Positions 28,561-37,919 of a stretch of DNA of 64,000 nt are shown here, piece after piece. A model generated the notes under the pieces. It had not been told where the DNA came from. It did no database searches and was given only the letters and a program-made list of their open reading frames with translations. Position numbers and translations under genes: made by a program. Within the stretch, counting starts at the first letter, position 1, and each line of letters starts with the position of its first letter. The DNA comes from an uncultured Bdellovibrionales bacterium (GTDB lineage Bacteria; Patescibacteriota; Minisyncoccia; Moranbacterales; GWC2-37-73): the NCBI GenBank assembly GCA_964609855.1, contig CAZSTB010000002.1, positions 15,541-79,540 on the forward strand, written 5' to 3'.

Positions 28561-29511
28561 TTATTTAACGGCTCTAGCTGGAGAAATTGCAGCAAGTTTG
28601 TTTGATTCGATTACTGTGTCGTCCTGTACGGTGAAACCTCCCCAGACATTTAAAGCGCCTGCTCTTTGAACACGGGAAATTCCGAAATTTTCATTTCCAA
28701 TGATTTCTGATTTATTGATGTCGATGCGTCCAGTTTTTCCGTAAGCATTTACCTCCAATCCTTCTCTGCCGTTCTTTTTCATGGAGTTGTTTTTGGTCCA
28801 AATTTCGCTTCCATCCAAAGTCAATTTTACACCGCTTCCTCGGTTATCTTTGAAAGAATTATCTTCGAGCCAAGCTTTTGTTCCGGCTGCCAAATCTATT
28901 CCGTCATTGTCATTATCAGTGATTTCATTGTCAATCATGACAAGCCTACGTTTTTGTGAATAAATTCCGCTTTTTCCATTTTCAGTGATGGTTGAATCAG
29001 TAATACTAACTTTTTCCTTATCAGAGATCTTTCCCTCACCTATTTTTATACCGTCTTTTTCGTTATCTCTTACAATTACTTCAATAATGGAAACCTTAGC
29101 ATTATCCTTTACCCAGATACCATTTTTTCCATCTTTGATGGTAACCTTGTTGATTTCAGTTTTGTCCTTCATGCTAACGACAACTTTATTTTTATTTCTA
29201 GCTTTAATAACAACTTCTTTATCACTAGTTCCGTAAACATTTACTCCGCGTGGAATTTCAATGTTATCGACATATTCACCTTTAGCGATATGCACATCAG
29301 TTCTGCTGTTTGCATGAGCAAGCGCTTCAGAAATAGTATGATATGGATTAGAAGCTGAACCGGTTTCCTTACCTTTTGCGTTTCTGTCTACATAAATGTC
29401 ATTGCGCGAACCAGCAAAAGACAAAGATGGAAGCACAAAAATTGCCAACATTAAGGCGGAGCCTAAAATCTCCATTTTTTGCTTGTTTAAAAGGTTTTTC
29501 ATGTTCTTCAT
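28561..29511 (-). CDS. Secreted right-handed beta-helix (pectin-lyase-like) protein
   Basis: Signal peptide, IYVD...GSASNPYHTISEAL, repeated N..GI parallel beta-helix coils. Confidence 0.82.
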   Translation of the reverse strand: MKNMKNLLNKQKMEILGSALMLAIFVLPSLSFAGSRNDIYVDRNAKGKETGSASNPYHTISEALAHANSRTDVHIAKGEYVDNIEIPRGVNVYGTSDKEVVIKARNKNKVVVSMKDKTEINKVTIKDGKNGIWVKDNAKVSIIEVIVRDNEKDGIKIGEGKISDKEKVSITDSTITENGKSGIYSQKRRLVMIDNEITDNDNDGIDLAAGTKAWLEDNSFKDNRGSGVKLTLDGSEIWTKNNSMKKNGREGLEVNAYGKTGRIDINKSEIIGNENFGISRVQRAGALNVWGGFTVQDDTVIESNKLAAISPARAVK

Positions 29512-29558
29512 TGCTTTAAAATTAGTTATTAGGAGAACTGTATATAATAGCAAACTTA

Positions 29559-30806
29559 TCAGGGTTTGTCAATAGCTATGGAATCAGTCTTGATTTCCTC
29601 ATTTTTAACTATTGTTTCTGAAAAAATTGCCGCCAAACTATGCGCATATCTTTCTGGTGCATATTTATCAAGGCGAGCCTTAATCTCTTGTTCGATAAAC
29701 ACTTTTTCGCCGCTTGCAATCTGTTTCACATAAGCTGAAAACTCTTTTTTGGATTTAGCGATAAACCCGCTTATCCCATGCTCAATTATTTCCCCGTATG
29801 CTCCGCTATCAAATGAAACGAAAGGCTTTCCAGCGCTGATAGCTTCCAATGCGACGAGTCCGAAAGTTTCCGGAAGCATTGAGCCGGATACAACACACAT
29901 ACTGCTTCGCATATATTGCGCTAATTCATCCGCGCCGACAAATCCCAGATAAACGATATTCGGATGCATTGTCATTGCAAAGCCAGGCTCCATTTCACCA
30001 GCCAAATAAAGCTTCATACCATCAATCTTAGTAAATATTTCAATTAAAATATCTACGCCTTTTTCTTTTGAAATCTTACCCGCATAAAGTGCGAATTTAT
30101 CAGCGACTGAAAAAGAAACTTTTCTGGAAAGATTACCACGACTCCTCGGCATAAAATGTGGAAGCATCAGAATTTTTTCTGAGGAAATCCCCCAGTCAAC
30201 TAAAACTCTTTTCGTAAATTCGCTAGGCGCAATATAGCAATCAATATTTTTTTCGTAAGTTCCAAGCCAACTATGCCAATACATTTCCGCCATTGCTAAG
30301 AAGCTTTTGGCATAAGAATTTTTAACGCATTTATCCAGAAAACACTGATAATATCTTCTGTTGGCACAGCGCCGATAAGGACTTCCGTTTAAGCGCAAAG
30401 AATGATTAGGATTGATAAGCTTGAAATCATGAACAGTCATAACCACAGGAATGCCGCGTTTTTTTATTTCAAACAGAATTGTCGGATCTAGCTGATGATA
30501 GATATTATGGATATGGACGATATCCGGCGCAAATTCATCAAGTATCGCTTTTATTTTTTTGTGAGCTTCGAAAGAATAAAACATACGCAATACTCCTTTC
30601 ATTTTCTCCAAGAATGTAAAACTTTCAGAATATCCCACTCGAGAAAGAAAGAACTTGCTCCATTCGGAATACTCATTGTCAGCTTGCATCATAGAAAACT
30701 CCGCAACCATGTGTCCATTCTGTTTTAAAAGCGCGCTCACATCCAAAAAGTGCTTATCCGCACCTCTTTTGGCATTATAAAATTTGTTGATTTCTAAAAT
30801 TCGCAT
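29559..30806 (-). CDS. GT4 glycosyltransferase
   Basis: PDIVHIHNIYHQL, TVHDFKL, ETFGLVALEA. Confidence 0.9.
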   Translation of the reverse strand: MRILEINKFYNAKRGADKHFLDVSALLKQNGHMVAEFSMMQADNEYSEWSKFFLSRVGYSESFTFLEKMKGVLRMFYSFEAHKKIKAILDEFAPDIVHIHNIYHQLDPTILFEIKKRGIPVVMTVHDFKLINPNHSLRLNGSPYRRCANRRYYQCFLDKCVKNSYAKSFLAMAEMYWHSWLGTYEKNIDCYIAPSEFTKRVLVDWGISSEKILMLPHFMPRSRGNLSRKVSFSVADKFALYAGKISKEKGVDILIEIFTKIDGMKLYLAGEMEPGFAMTMHPNIVYLGFVGADELAQYMRSSMCVVSGSMLPETFGLVALEAISAGKPFVSFDSGAYGEIIEHGISGFIAKSKKEFSAYVKQIASGEKVFIEQEIKARLDKYAPERYAHSLAAIFSETIVKNEEIKTDSIAIDKP

Positions 30807-30846
30807 ACAGACAATTTTTCAATATTAATTCACAATTTTTTAATCT

Positions 30847-32283
30847 TTAATTAGCCTGGTTTTCTTGCAAGCGCCTCAGTAATCCGAGATTTATCCAGAA
30901 AAATATGCTTAACAGATTCGCTTCCAAATAAGGTTGGAACATAAAGGCAATTATCTGCATAAGCAAGATTCCCATTGCCGCGCTGGATGCAATCTGCCAA
31001 GTGTCATCGCTAAATTTCTTTTTCAGCAGCGGATAGCCCAGGAAAATAATTGCTGCCGCTAGTGATCCAAGACCCATAATTCCCATTTGAACCAATATCA
31101 CCAGAAAAGAATTATGGATATTTCTAATTTCCACAAAGTCATGATATTTTCCTATTTCAACAGAAACTAATTTTCCATAGCCAATTCCAATTAGCGGACT
31201 GCTTACATATTGCTTGATAGATTGCTGCCAAACTGCGCTGCGCCAGATTATGCTCTCATCGCCGCCAGTATTCGTAATTGAGGTAACACGAGAACTGAAC
31301 ATCCCCACGCTGTTCATTAAAGATTCGTAAGCCTCGGAGCGTGGGAATAAGGTCGCACCATAAAAAATAACGACAAGCAAACAAGTTACGATCAAGATAT
31401 AATTAGTTGCATATTTTTTTATTCTTTCGCGCTCAGCCTTGGCAAAAATTACGATTAAAAATATCACCGCGAAAAACAAGCTTATCCACAGATGCCTCAT
31501 CATAGAACCCGCAACGCCCAAGAACCATATCGGAGTCAAAATTAGCAGCCACTTGGAAAATCTATTCCAGCGATAAGCGATGTATACCAAGGATAAGAGC
31601 AGCATCATCGCAAGATAAAATCCGTGTGTAAAAGCCAGCGTTCTGACACCCTCGGTTGAAAGCGGAGTGAAATCAGACCAGAGTCCTTTACCTGTAACGA
31701 TTCCATAAAAAACAAACCAGAGAATTGAAATGGCGCCGGCATATAATGTTGCTGCCAACTCTTTCAGGTGTTTTTGATTGTTAATCAAAATAAAGGTCGC
31801 AAAATATAATAGCGCATAATATGCATAGTTCTTACTACTACTGAAAGTTAAAGATGAGTTGCTATGAAAAACTATCGTGCTCAAAAAGAAATAACTCACA
31901 GACATGGCAATAAAAACAAATATCGCCAAATCGATTTTTTTAAATTTGAAACTCAGCTTGCGCGCCGCAATTTGAAAAGCAATTCCGGCAAGCAATGCAA
32001 AAATGAGCACATCAATCGGATACAGCTTATATTCACTTCGTCCCATCACAATCGGCGCTAAGGTAAAGAATCTTTCAAAAATGAAGGTCAAAAAAATAAT
32101 CGCATACAGTCCAGCTCTGGGATGCAGAAAAGCTGCAGCTGAGCCTACACTCATAGCAACCAAATAAAGCGGCAAATTGAAACCGAAAAAGTAATTTGCC
32201 ATCAAAAACATCCCGACAAAAGCCACAATAAATATTGCGGCGATTAGATCTAGTGAAAGTTTTTTAGATTTTTCGTCTTGCAT
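30847..32283 (-). CDS. O-antigen ligase/Wzy-family membrane protein
   Basis: About 12 TM; SIIWRSAVW, PLIGIGYG, HNSFLVILVQMGIMG. Confidence 0.85.
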   Translation of the reverse strand: MQDEKSKKLSLDLIAAIFIVAFVGMFLMANYFFGFNLPLYLVAMSVGSAAAFLHPRAGLYAIIFLTFIFERFFTLAPIVMGRSEYKLYPIDVLIFALLAGIAFQIAARKLSFKFKKIDLAIFVFIAMSVSYFFLSTIVFHSNSSLTFSSSKNYAYYALLYFATFILINNQKHLKELAATLYAGAISILWFVFYGIVTGKGLWSDFTPLSTEGVRTLAFTHGFYLAMMLLLSLVYIAYRWNRFSKWLLILTPIWFLGVAGSMMRHLWISLFFAVIFLIVIFAKAERERIKKYATNYILIVTCLLVVIFYGATLFPRSEAYESLMNSVGMFSSRVTSITNTGGDESIIWRSAVWQQSIKQYVSSPLIGIGYGKLVSVEIGKYHDFVEIRNIHNSFLVILVQMGIMGLGSLAAAIIFLGYPLLKKKFSDDTWQIASSAAMGILLMQIIAFMFQPYLEANLLSIFFWINLGLLRRLQENQAN

Positions 32284-32463
32284 AAAGATATTTTCGAGTT
32301 TTTTAAATAGTTTTCGCTTTTTAAATCTCCTGCTTTTAAATTTCCGATATATCTCAATTTAATGGCTGATTTTGCTTTAAATTGGGAATTTATTTGAAAT
32401 TTAACGTCTCCAAAAATCGACTTTACTATGACCATCTATTATAGCACATCTAAATGAAATTGT

Positions 32464-32499
32464 AAAGGCCCCACGTTCTCGATGAGAGGTGGGGCCTTT
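32464..32499 (-). terminator. Terminator of GC-rich three-gene unit
   Basis: AAAGGCCCCAC..TCTC GAT GAGA GGTGGGGCCTTT. Confidence 0.8.
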
Positions 32500-32535
32500 G
32501 GTTTTTTAGCGAACATTGGGAGTCGCTACTTCTCC

Positions 32536-33606
32536 TTAATCCTTATGGCAGTTGGTGCAGACGTTCAGCTTGGCCGACGGGATGTTGAGATGGGCTTTGA
32601 TATCCTTGATATCCTTGTGCATCTCTTCAACCTGCGGCATCAGTTGACCGTTTTTACGCTTGGACTCTCCGAGTTTGTCATGGAGCGAGCGACCTTTTTT
32701 GCTTTCGCCCACGTTCTTGTCGATCCGCTTGACGTGTTTAAGCGTCTTACGGGTCTTTTGTTGTACAGACTTCTCGTCCGGCTCGTCTGACTTATCCGGC
32801 TTGCCGAGCGAGTCGAGCGTGATTCTTGCTTTTTGCTGCAAGGTGCGCTCCTCGACAGGCTCTTCAGGAGTCCACATGCCGACGGACCTTACCAGGTACT
32901 GGACGCCATTCCTGATCTCGACGATGCAGGGCTGGGTGCAGATGCCGCCTTTCCCATCGGGGCAAGGACCTCTGCGTTTGACGGTCTTTCTCGGGTACGT
33001 CGGCGGGGTGACTTTTCTGGGAGCTTCTCTGACGACCGGAGCCTCTCTCACAACAGGAACGTTTCCTACACAAGGGAAGATAACGGGTCTGCCGTCGATG
33101 CCGAGCTCATTTGCTGACGGCACATACGGCGCTCCGGGGCCAACGTACAGCAAGTACGTGCCGCCGGATTTTGCAATGCCGGGGTCAGTAATGCTTCTGG
33201 CGCATGCCAGGTTCTGACCGACCTGGATATTCCTGTCCGGAAGTCCCAGCCAAAGCGTATCAAACCAGTTTGCATCCTTGGCGAAGTTGACTCCACTCTG
33301 ACCGCCCCTGATCACTTCCATAGGGACATCCCAGTACTTCGTCAAACCTTCGGTTCTTGCAAACCTGGTCGGCAAGTTGGGGTCGCAACCCTCGCGCAGC
33401 TTGTCTGCGCAAAAATTGACGGCTTCATCTTGCCACATGTCTTCGGCGCACTGGTAGCGAACCGAATAGCGGACGAACTCCTGGTTGTTCACCAGGACGG
33501 GTTCAGCATTCACCACGGCTCCTTTTGCGAGCCAGAGCGGTTTTGCCTGAGCCGACGTTGACGCTAACATAAGCGCCGCGATTGCCAATAAGATCATCTT
33601 TTTCAT
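32536..33606 (-). CDS. Secreted Cys-rich hypothetical protein ending in a CxxCH motif
   Basis: Signal peptide (..SAQA), AAGGAG SD, C-terminus VCTNCHKD; GC-rich. Confidence 0.75.
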   Translation of the reverse strand: MKKMILLAIAALMLASTSAQAKPLWLAKGAVVNAEPVLVNNQEFVRYSVRYQCAEDMWQDEAVNFCADKLREGCDPNLPTRFARTEGLTKYWDVPMEVIRGGQSGVNFAKDANWFDTLWLGLPDRNIQVGQNLACARSITDPGIAKSGGTYLLYVGPGAPYVPSANELGIDGRPVIFPCVGNVPVVREAPVVREAPRKVTPPTYPRKTVKRRGPCPDGKGGICTQPCIVEIRNGVQYLVRSVGMWTPEEPVEERTLQQKARITLDSLGKPDKSDEPDEKSVQQKTRKTLKHVKRIDKNVGESKKGRSLHDKLGESKRKNGQLMPQVEEMHKDIKDIKAHLNIPSAKLNVCTNCHKD

Positions 33607-33620
33607 CTGTGGTCTCCTTT

Positions 33621-34778
33621 TCAGTGTTCCATCTGGTCGATGGTTTGACTGGAAATTTGGATGCCGGCAGGTTTGGCACTTTGCTTACCCACCGGAGTTT
33701 CTTTTTTCTGAATCGTTTTGGCGCGCTTTTCAGCGTACCAAGTGGTGATGTCAGGAGTGGCCTCATAGGCAGCAATGATGCCGCCAAAAGGCCCAAGACC
33801 AGTGAACAGATTGGCCGTAAGACCAAGGCTGAACCTGTTCTTGTATTTCACCCTTATCGATGGCGCAAAACCGGTGAAGATGTCTCCGTCTAAGAAACCG
33901 ATACTCGCACCTGCTCCGGAAATAACCTTGTAATCCTTGTTAAGCTTATGTTCCCAGAATATTCCCGGGCCCACGAAGCTGTCATGGTCAAAGATACTTC
34001 CGTCCACCTGCAGCGTCAACCTGTTCTTATGGTTCAGGATATGATCGAACTGCACGTGCGGCGTGAGCATGACGCCATCTTTGCGGTTCATGTCGAACCT
34101 CCAGAGAATTCCCATGTCTGCCTCAAACGAGTTGCGCAGACCAAGACCTCTGTAGTATCCGACATGCGGACCAAGAGCATAGTAGCCCCAATCCGCCCCG
34201 CTGGGAGCGGCGCCGTAATCACCTCGGAGGCTTGCGCCGATACCGAAGTTTTCTGCCTTCTCATATCTTGTGAACCACTGGAGCCATTTCAGGTTTCCCC
34301 AAACGCCCCAGGTGTCGTGTTCGAAGTTCTTCCAGGCTCCGGTCCAGAACGAGACCTCAGGAAAACTTCCCCAAGTCCTTTGCTCTGGATTTTCGAATTC
34401 CGGAAGCGCTTCAGAAGCAGCTGGCGCGGGTTGAACTTCCGCTGGAGGTTCCTCTTTTAACAGAGGAGCTTCGAGCGGTGCAGCAGAAACAGTAGGCGCC
34501 TGCTCCTTAACTTCAGGAACAATCGTCGGCTCCGTCACTTGCTGCTCAACCACGGCAGGCGCTTGTTCCTTAACTTCAGGAATAATCACCGGCTCAGCTA
34601 CTGGCGTCTCAACCACTGCGGGTTGTTGAGGGATACTTTTGCCTCGCGCATATTCTGCGAGAGCAGCGTCCCTTCTTTTTGCTCTGACAGACTGCAGATC
34701 CTTACACGGATCTTCAGCTGCCGCCACGACACTGACCGAAGCCAGCATCAACAATATCGCCATGAGTTTTTTCATCAT
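33621..34778 (-). CDS. Secreted protein: P/E-rich linker plus beta-barrel-like domain
   Basis: Signal peptide; repeat PEVKEQAP x2; alternating G/aromatic strands (FGIGASLRGDYG, LGPHVGYYR, RFSLGLTANL). Confidence 0.7.
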   Translation of the reverse strand: MMKKLMAILLMLASVSVVAAAEDPCKDLQSVRAKRRDAALAEYARGKSIPQQPAVVETPVAEPVIIPEVKEQAPAVVEQQVTEPTIVPEVKEQAPTVSAAPLEAPLLKEEPPAEVQPAPAASEALPEFENPEQRTWGSFPEVSFWTGAWKNFEHDTWGVWGNLKWLQWFTRYEKAENFGIGASLRGDYGAAPSGADWGYYALGPHVGYYRGLGLRNSFEADMGILWRFDMNRKDGVMLTPHVQFDHILNHKNRLTLQVDGSIFDHDSFVGPGIFWEHKLNKDYKVISGAGASIGFLDGDIFTGFAPSIRVKYKNRFSLGLTANLFTGLGPFGGIIAAYEATPDITTWYAEKRAKTIQKKETPVGKQSAKPAGIQISSQTIDQMEH

Positions 34779-35770
34779 TTTCTCCTTTTCGCAACTGCTT
34801 GCGCAGCGGGCGTTGGTTTTGTTTCGGTCTTTGCTGGTTCCACCGCGGGTGCGGGTTTTTCGATTTCTCTCTTGGTTTGCAGGGCAGCAATTTCAGCATC
34901 TTTCTTTGCCAGCTCCTCGTTCAATTCGCCGATAAGCGTCTGACGAAGTTGACTGACAATTTCAAACATTGCCGAAGCTTCTGCTCCTGTAATTTCCGAA
35001 TAGAAATCCCAACCTTTTGGCGGAGACTTCACTGTCTCCCAAAGCGTGATGGAAGCCTTTGCAACCATTTCCACCGGGTTAAGTGAGATCACCATCCTGT
35101 TTCGCAGCACAAAGCGTTGGAAACCAGTGTAGCCAGGGTTGATTCTGGCGATTCTCTTCATGTCATCCTCTCCAAGCGGAGAATAGACTTCGCCGTAATC
35201 AGTCTTGTAACGGTTCCAGGACTTAACCTGGGAATAAAACCCCTTTACAAGATGCCGAGTGCCAACAGCAACTCCATATTTTTCAACCAGCTCTGCACGA
35301 TATTTCTTTTCATCATTGAATCGAATGCGATCGATCGGCACTAATTTTCCGCTTGACCAAGTGCAGTCTGTACGCGACGAAAGCGGAATGAACTTTGCGG
35401 ACTTGAAGTCCGAAAATTTTCCATCAATTATCACGAAAGACATGAACTCGCCGCTACGGTAGTTGCCAGCCAACACAAACTGTGCGAAAGCCTCCTCCCC
35501 TTTGGAATTCACACTCCATCCGGGAAAAGAAATTCTGCCAGCGCGCATCTCTCCGCCAATCTGAGAATCAGATATGGGTGCGTCAATGATTGTTACCTCG
35601 CCGCTTTCGATAGCCGGCGTAACCCGAATTCCAACTGCGAGTTCGGGGTAGGTTGTGAGCTGCAAGGGCTTCCCGAAATGGAGCGGCGCTTCTCTGATAC
35701 CCTCAGAGTGGGCGCAACCGAAAATCGGAAGAGCAAAACAAATTGCCAGAACTGCGAACATTTTTCTCAT
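34775..35770 (-). CDS. Putative lipoprotein, unknown function
   Basis: MRK..LPIFGC lipobox; AGGAG SD; ATGA overlap with the next gene. Confidence 0.75.
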   Translation of the reverse strand: MRKMFAVLAICFALPIFGCAHSEGIREAPLHFGKPLQLTTYPELAVGIRVTPAIESGEVTIIDAPISDSQIGGEMRAGRISFPGWSVNSKGEEAFAQFVLAGNYRSGEFMSFVIIDGKFSDFKSAKFIPLSSRTDCTWSSGKLVPIDRIRFNDEKKYRAELVEKYGVAVGTRHLVKGFYSQVKSWNRYKTDYGEVYSPLGEDDMKRIARINPGYTGFQRFVLRNRMVISLNPVEMVAKASITLWETVKSPPKGWDFYSEITGAEASAMFEIVSQLRQTLIGELNEELAKKDAEIAALQTKREIEKPAPAVEPAKTETKPTPAAQAVAKRRK

Positions 35771-35902
35771 GGCTAATCTCCTGTATTTTTCAATCCTTTT
35801 AAGTTGTAAAGGTCCAACTCAGCTCAAAACGATTTCGAGCTTACCAGGAGACTCTGATATTACAATCCAGAGTCCCATAATCTACTCAAAATACAATGCT
35901 AG

Positions 35903-36655
35903 TTATTCGTAAATTTTAAAATCGCCCATATTTTCATTACTTTGAAAGTTACCCGCGGTTTCCATTCTTGAGAGTGGTGAGGAATTGATTGGAGACTCAA
36001 CATGCTCAGCCTTGGTTAAGTGAGCGAAAATTGATTTCCTTCGACGACTTTCACCATAAACCAAATACAGCACACTAAGCATGCTACCCAATATGAATCC
36101 TCCGATTGTTGTTGCTAAAATATTTGCAATAGATGGATTCTTTTCTACAACGGGTCCGGATAATACTTTCACATCGATATTCTGACCATCGCCGCGAAAG
36201 AGACTGTTTTTTGTCGTTAGCACTTCCACAACCGACTGCGAAATTGAAATCGCTTTTCGCTGATCATTTTCAAAAATTTCTATTCCAATGATTCCTAAAT
36301 CAGGATTGCGGGAAACTTCGACGATTTTGCTCCATTGTTTGAGTTTTTCTTTTTTATCAAATGGTAGAAATTCCACATTAACTTTTCCAGTCTTTATAAC
36401 CTCATCAATGAAAAGTTCACTGTATACAGCTTCATTCAATATTTTTCCGATATACTCTGCCGATTTGGAAAGCGTATAAAAATCTTGTGCCCCACCTTGA
36501 TTTTGCACAATCAGATAATCAGTACTCACCTTGTAATTTTTCTCCTTTGCTAAAAGCGCAAAGAATGAAAAAGCTGCAATCAGCAAACCGAATAATAAAA
36601 TTATTCCTGCTTTTTTGCTTATTAAGGCCAATATTCGCTTATATTCCATATGCAT
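35903..36655 (-). CDS. Wzz/CapA(CpsC)-like chain-length regulator
   Basis: Two TM; YKVSTDYLIVQ, VKVLSGPVVEKNPS, GGFILG. Confidence 0.75.
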   Translation of the reverse strand: MHMEYKRILALISKKAGIILLFGLLIAAFSFFALLAKEKNYKVSTDYLIVQNQGGAQDFYTLSKSAEYIGKILNEAVYSELFIDEVIKTGKVNVEFLPFDKKEKLKQWSKIVEVSRNPDLGIIGIEIFENDQRKAISISQSVVEVLTTKNSLFRGDGQNIDVKVLSGPVVEKNPSIANILATTIGGFILGSMLSVLYLVYGESRRRKSIFAHLTKAEHVESPINSSPLSRMETAGNFQSNENMGDFKIYE

Positions 36656-36735
36656 TGATTCATTAAATGATAACTTACTATCTTAGCAGAAAAATCAAAT
36701 TTTGTCAATAGCAGGGCAACTTTAAAATTAAATAT

Positions 36736-36766
36736 AAAAAAAGGCGGGGAGAAATTTCTCCCCGCT
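36736..36766 (-). terminator. Intrinsic terminator
   Basis: A-run then GCGGGGAGAA AT TTCTCCCCGC. Confidence 0.85.
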
Positions 36767-36777
36767 CATCGCCACTA

Positions 36778-37725
36778 TTAGTAGCGGATAAGTCCGTCGA
36801 CGCTGACGTTTTGCTGTACGCCGTTTACGAAAAACTCACACACGGTTGGATCCGTGTTGAATGAAACGAAAGTTCCGTCCGGCCTCACCAGATAAGGCAT
36901 GCCGGCTCCCGAAGCTTGCGTAGCATTCGCTAGAACCGTTGTCGGCAGAACTAGCGCTGTTACGACGCCAGCTGCAGGATACCAGGAACCGTTATCATTC
37001 CAGGCAATCCTGTACCCAGCGATAACGTTGCCCTGAGCATCCAACACGGTTTCACCCAGGATGCCACTGACGAGATTCAGAAGCTTTCCTGCTGCAATTG
37101 CTGGTGTGATGTCGATTTGTCGCGTGAGCGTGTTGATACTCACTCGGGTTTTCACGATTACAACAGGTGCTGCAGGGTCTATGATAATTGGCGCAGTTCC
37201 CACTGGCTGGACGGCTGCATATAGCAAACCGTCAGCTTTTCTTTCTGCTACCATGCCAGCACCTGCTTTGATTACGAGCCAGTTGGGGTCCGTAATCTGC
37301 GCGAGTTCCGTGCCATCGTCCAACACATAGCTGAAGTTGCCGCCGGACGCGCCAATGGGCTGACCCGCGATTTCCACTGCGAGCGTACTCGGGTCAAATT
37401 GCAGGGCGATTCCCTTGGTGCAGTCATCCCTGTGAAATCCCACCGCGCGGTCGTTCCAGTAGATTTTGTTGACCCTCCCTTTTTCTACAAACACCTCTGC
37501 CACGCCGTTTGAGGCATGAACGAGATACTCGCGAACAATCGCCGGCTTGAAGACGGTTTTATCCGCGTCCACAAGAAGTAATGCCTTTGCTGCGTCCGTT
37601 TCTCCGATGCTCGGTGTGGTTACTGAACTGACTGAACTGGACTTTTCGTCGCCGCCTCCGCCGCCGCATCCCATCAGTGAGACTGCCAAAAATGTCGCTA
37701 CTGCGCCTAAAATTAGCTTTTTCAT
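36778..37725 (-). CDS. Putative lipoprotein (LMGC-GGGGGG), beta-rich, GC-rich orphan unit
   Basis: Lipobox with poly-Gly linker; GGGAGGT SD; own promoter and terminator. Confidence 0.78.
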   Translation of the reverse strand: MKKLILGAVATFLAVSLMGCGGGGGDEKSSSVSSVTTPSIGETDAAKALLLVDADKTVFKPAIVREYLVHASNGVAEVFVEKGRVNKIYWNDRAVGFHRDDCTKGIALQFDPSTLAVEIAGQPIGASGGNFSYVLDDGTELAQITDPNWLVIKAGAGMVAERKADGLLYAAVQPVGTAPIIIDPAAPVVIVKTRVSINTLTRQIDITPAIAAGKLLNLVSGILGETVLDAQGNVIAGYRIAWNDNGSWYPAAGVVTALVLPTTVLANATQASGAGMPYLVRPDGTFVSFNTDPTVCEFFVNGVQQNVSVDGLIRY

Positions 37726-37788
37726 ACTACCTCCCTTTTCTTTTTGATTGTTGTATAGCTAAAAACTAGGCCTCCTAAATCAAATTAA

Positions 37789-37838
37789 ATTGTTCAAGTA
37801 CAACCATATAGTATACTCCTAATTTAGATATTTGTCAA
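37789..37838 (-). promoter_or_regulatory. Sigma70 promoter and boxA-like motif
   Basis: TTGACA-17-TATACT then TGTACTTGAACAAT. Confidence 0.7.
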
Positions 37839-37861
37839 GCATGAATAATTATAGCGAATAT

Positions 37862-37891
37862 AAAAAACTTCACTTGAAAGTGAAGTTTTTT
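37862..37891. terminator. Intrinsic terminator
   Basis: AAAAAACTTCACTT GA AAGTGAAGTTTTTT. Confidence 0.8.
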
Positions 37892-37919
37892 AACGCGCGC
37901 TTAGATTTCAAGAATCAGC

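Noticed and set aside
32464-37838. Prophage or genomic island explanation for the GC-rich genes
   Set aside because: No integrase, phage genes, tRNA target or flanking direct repeats seen, and a native AT-rich wzz-like gene lies between the two GC-rich blocks.
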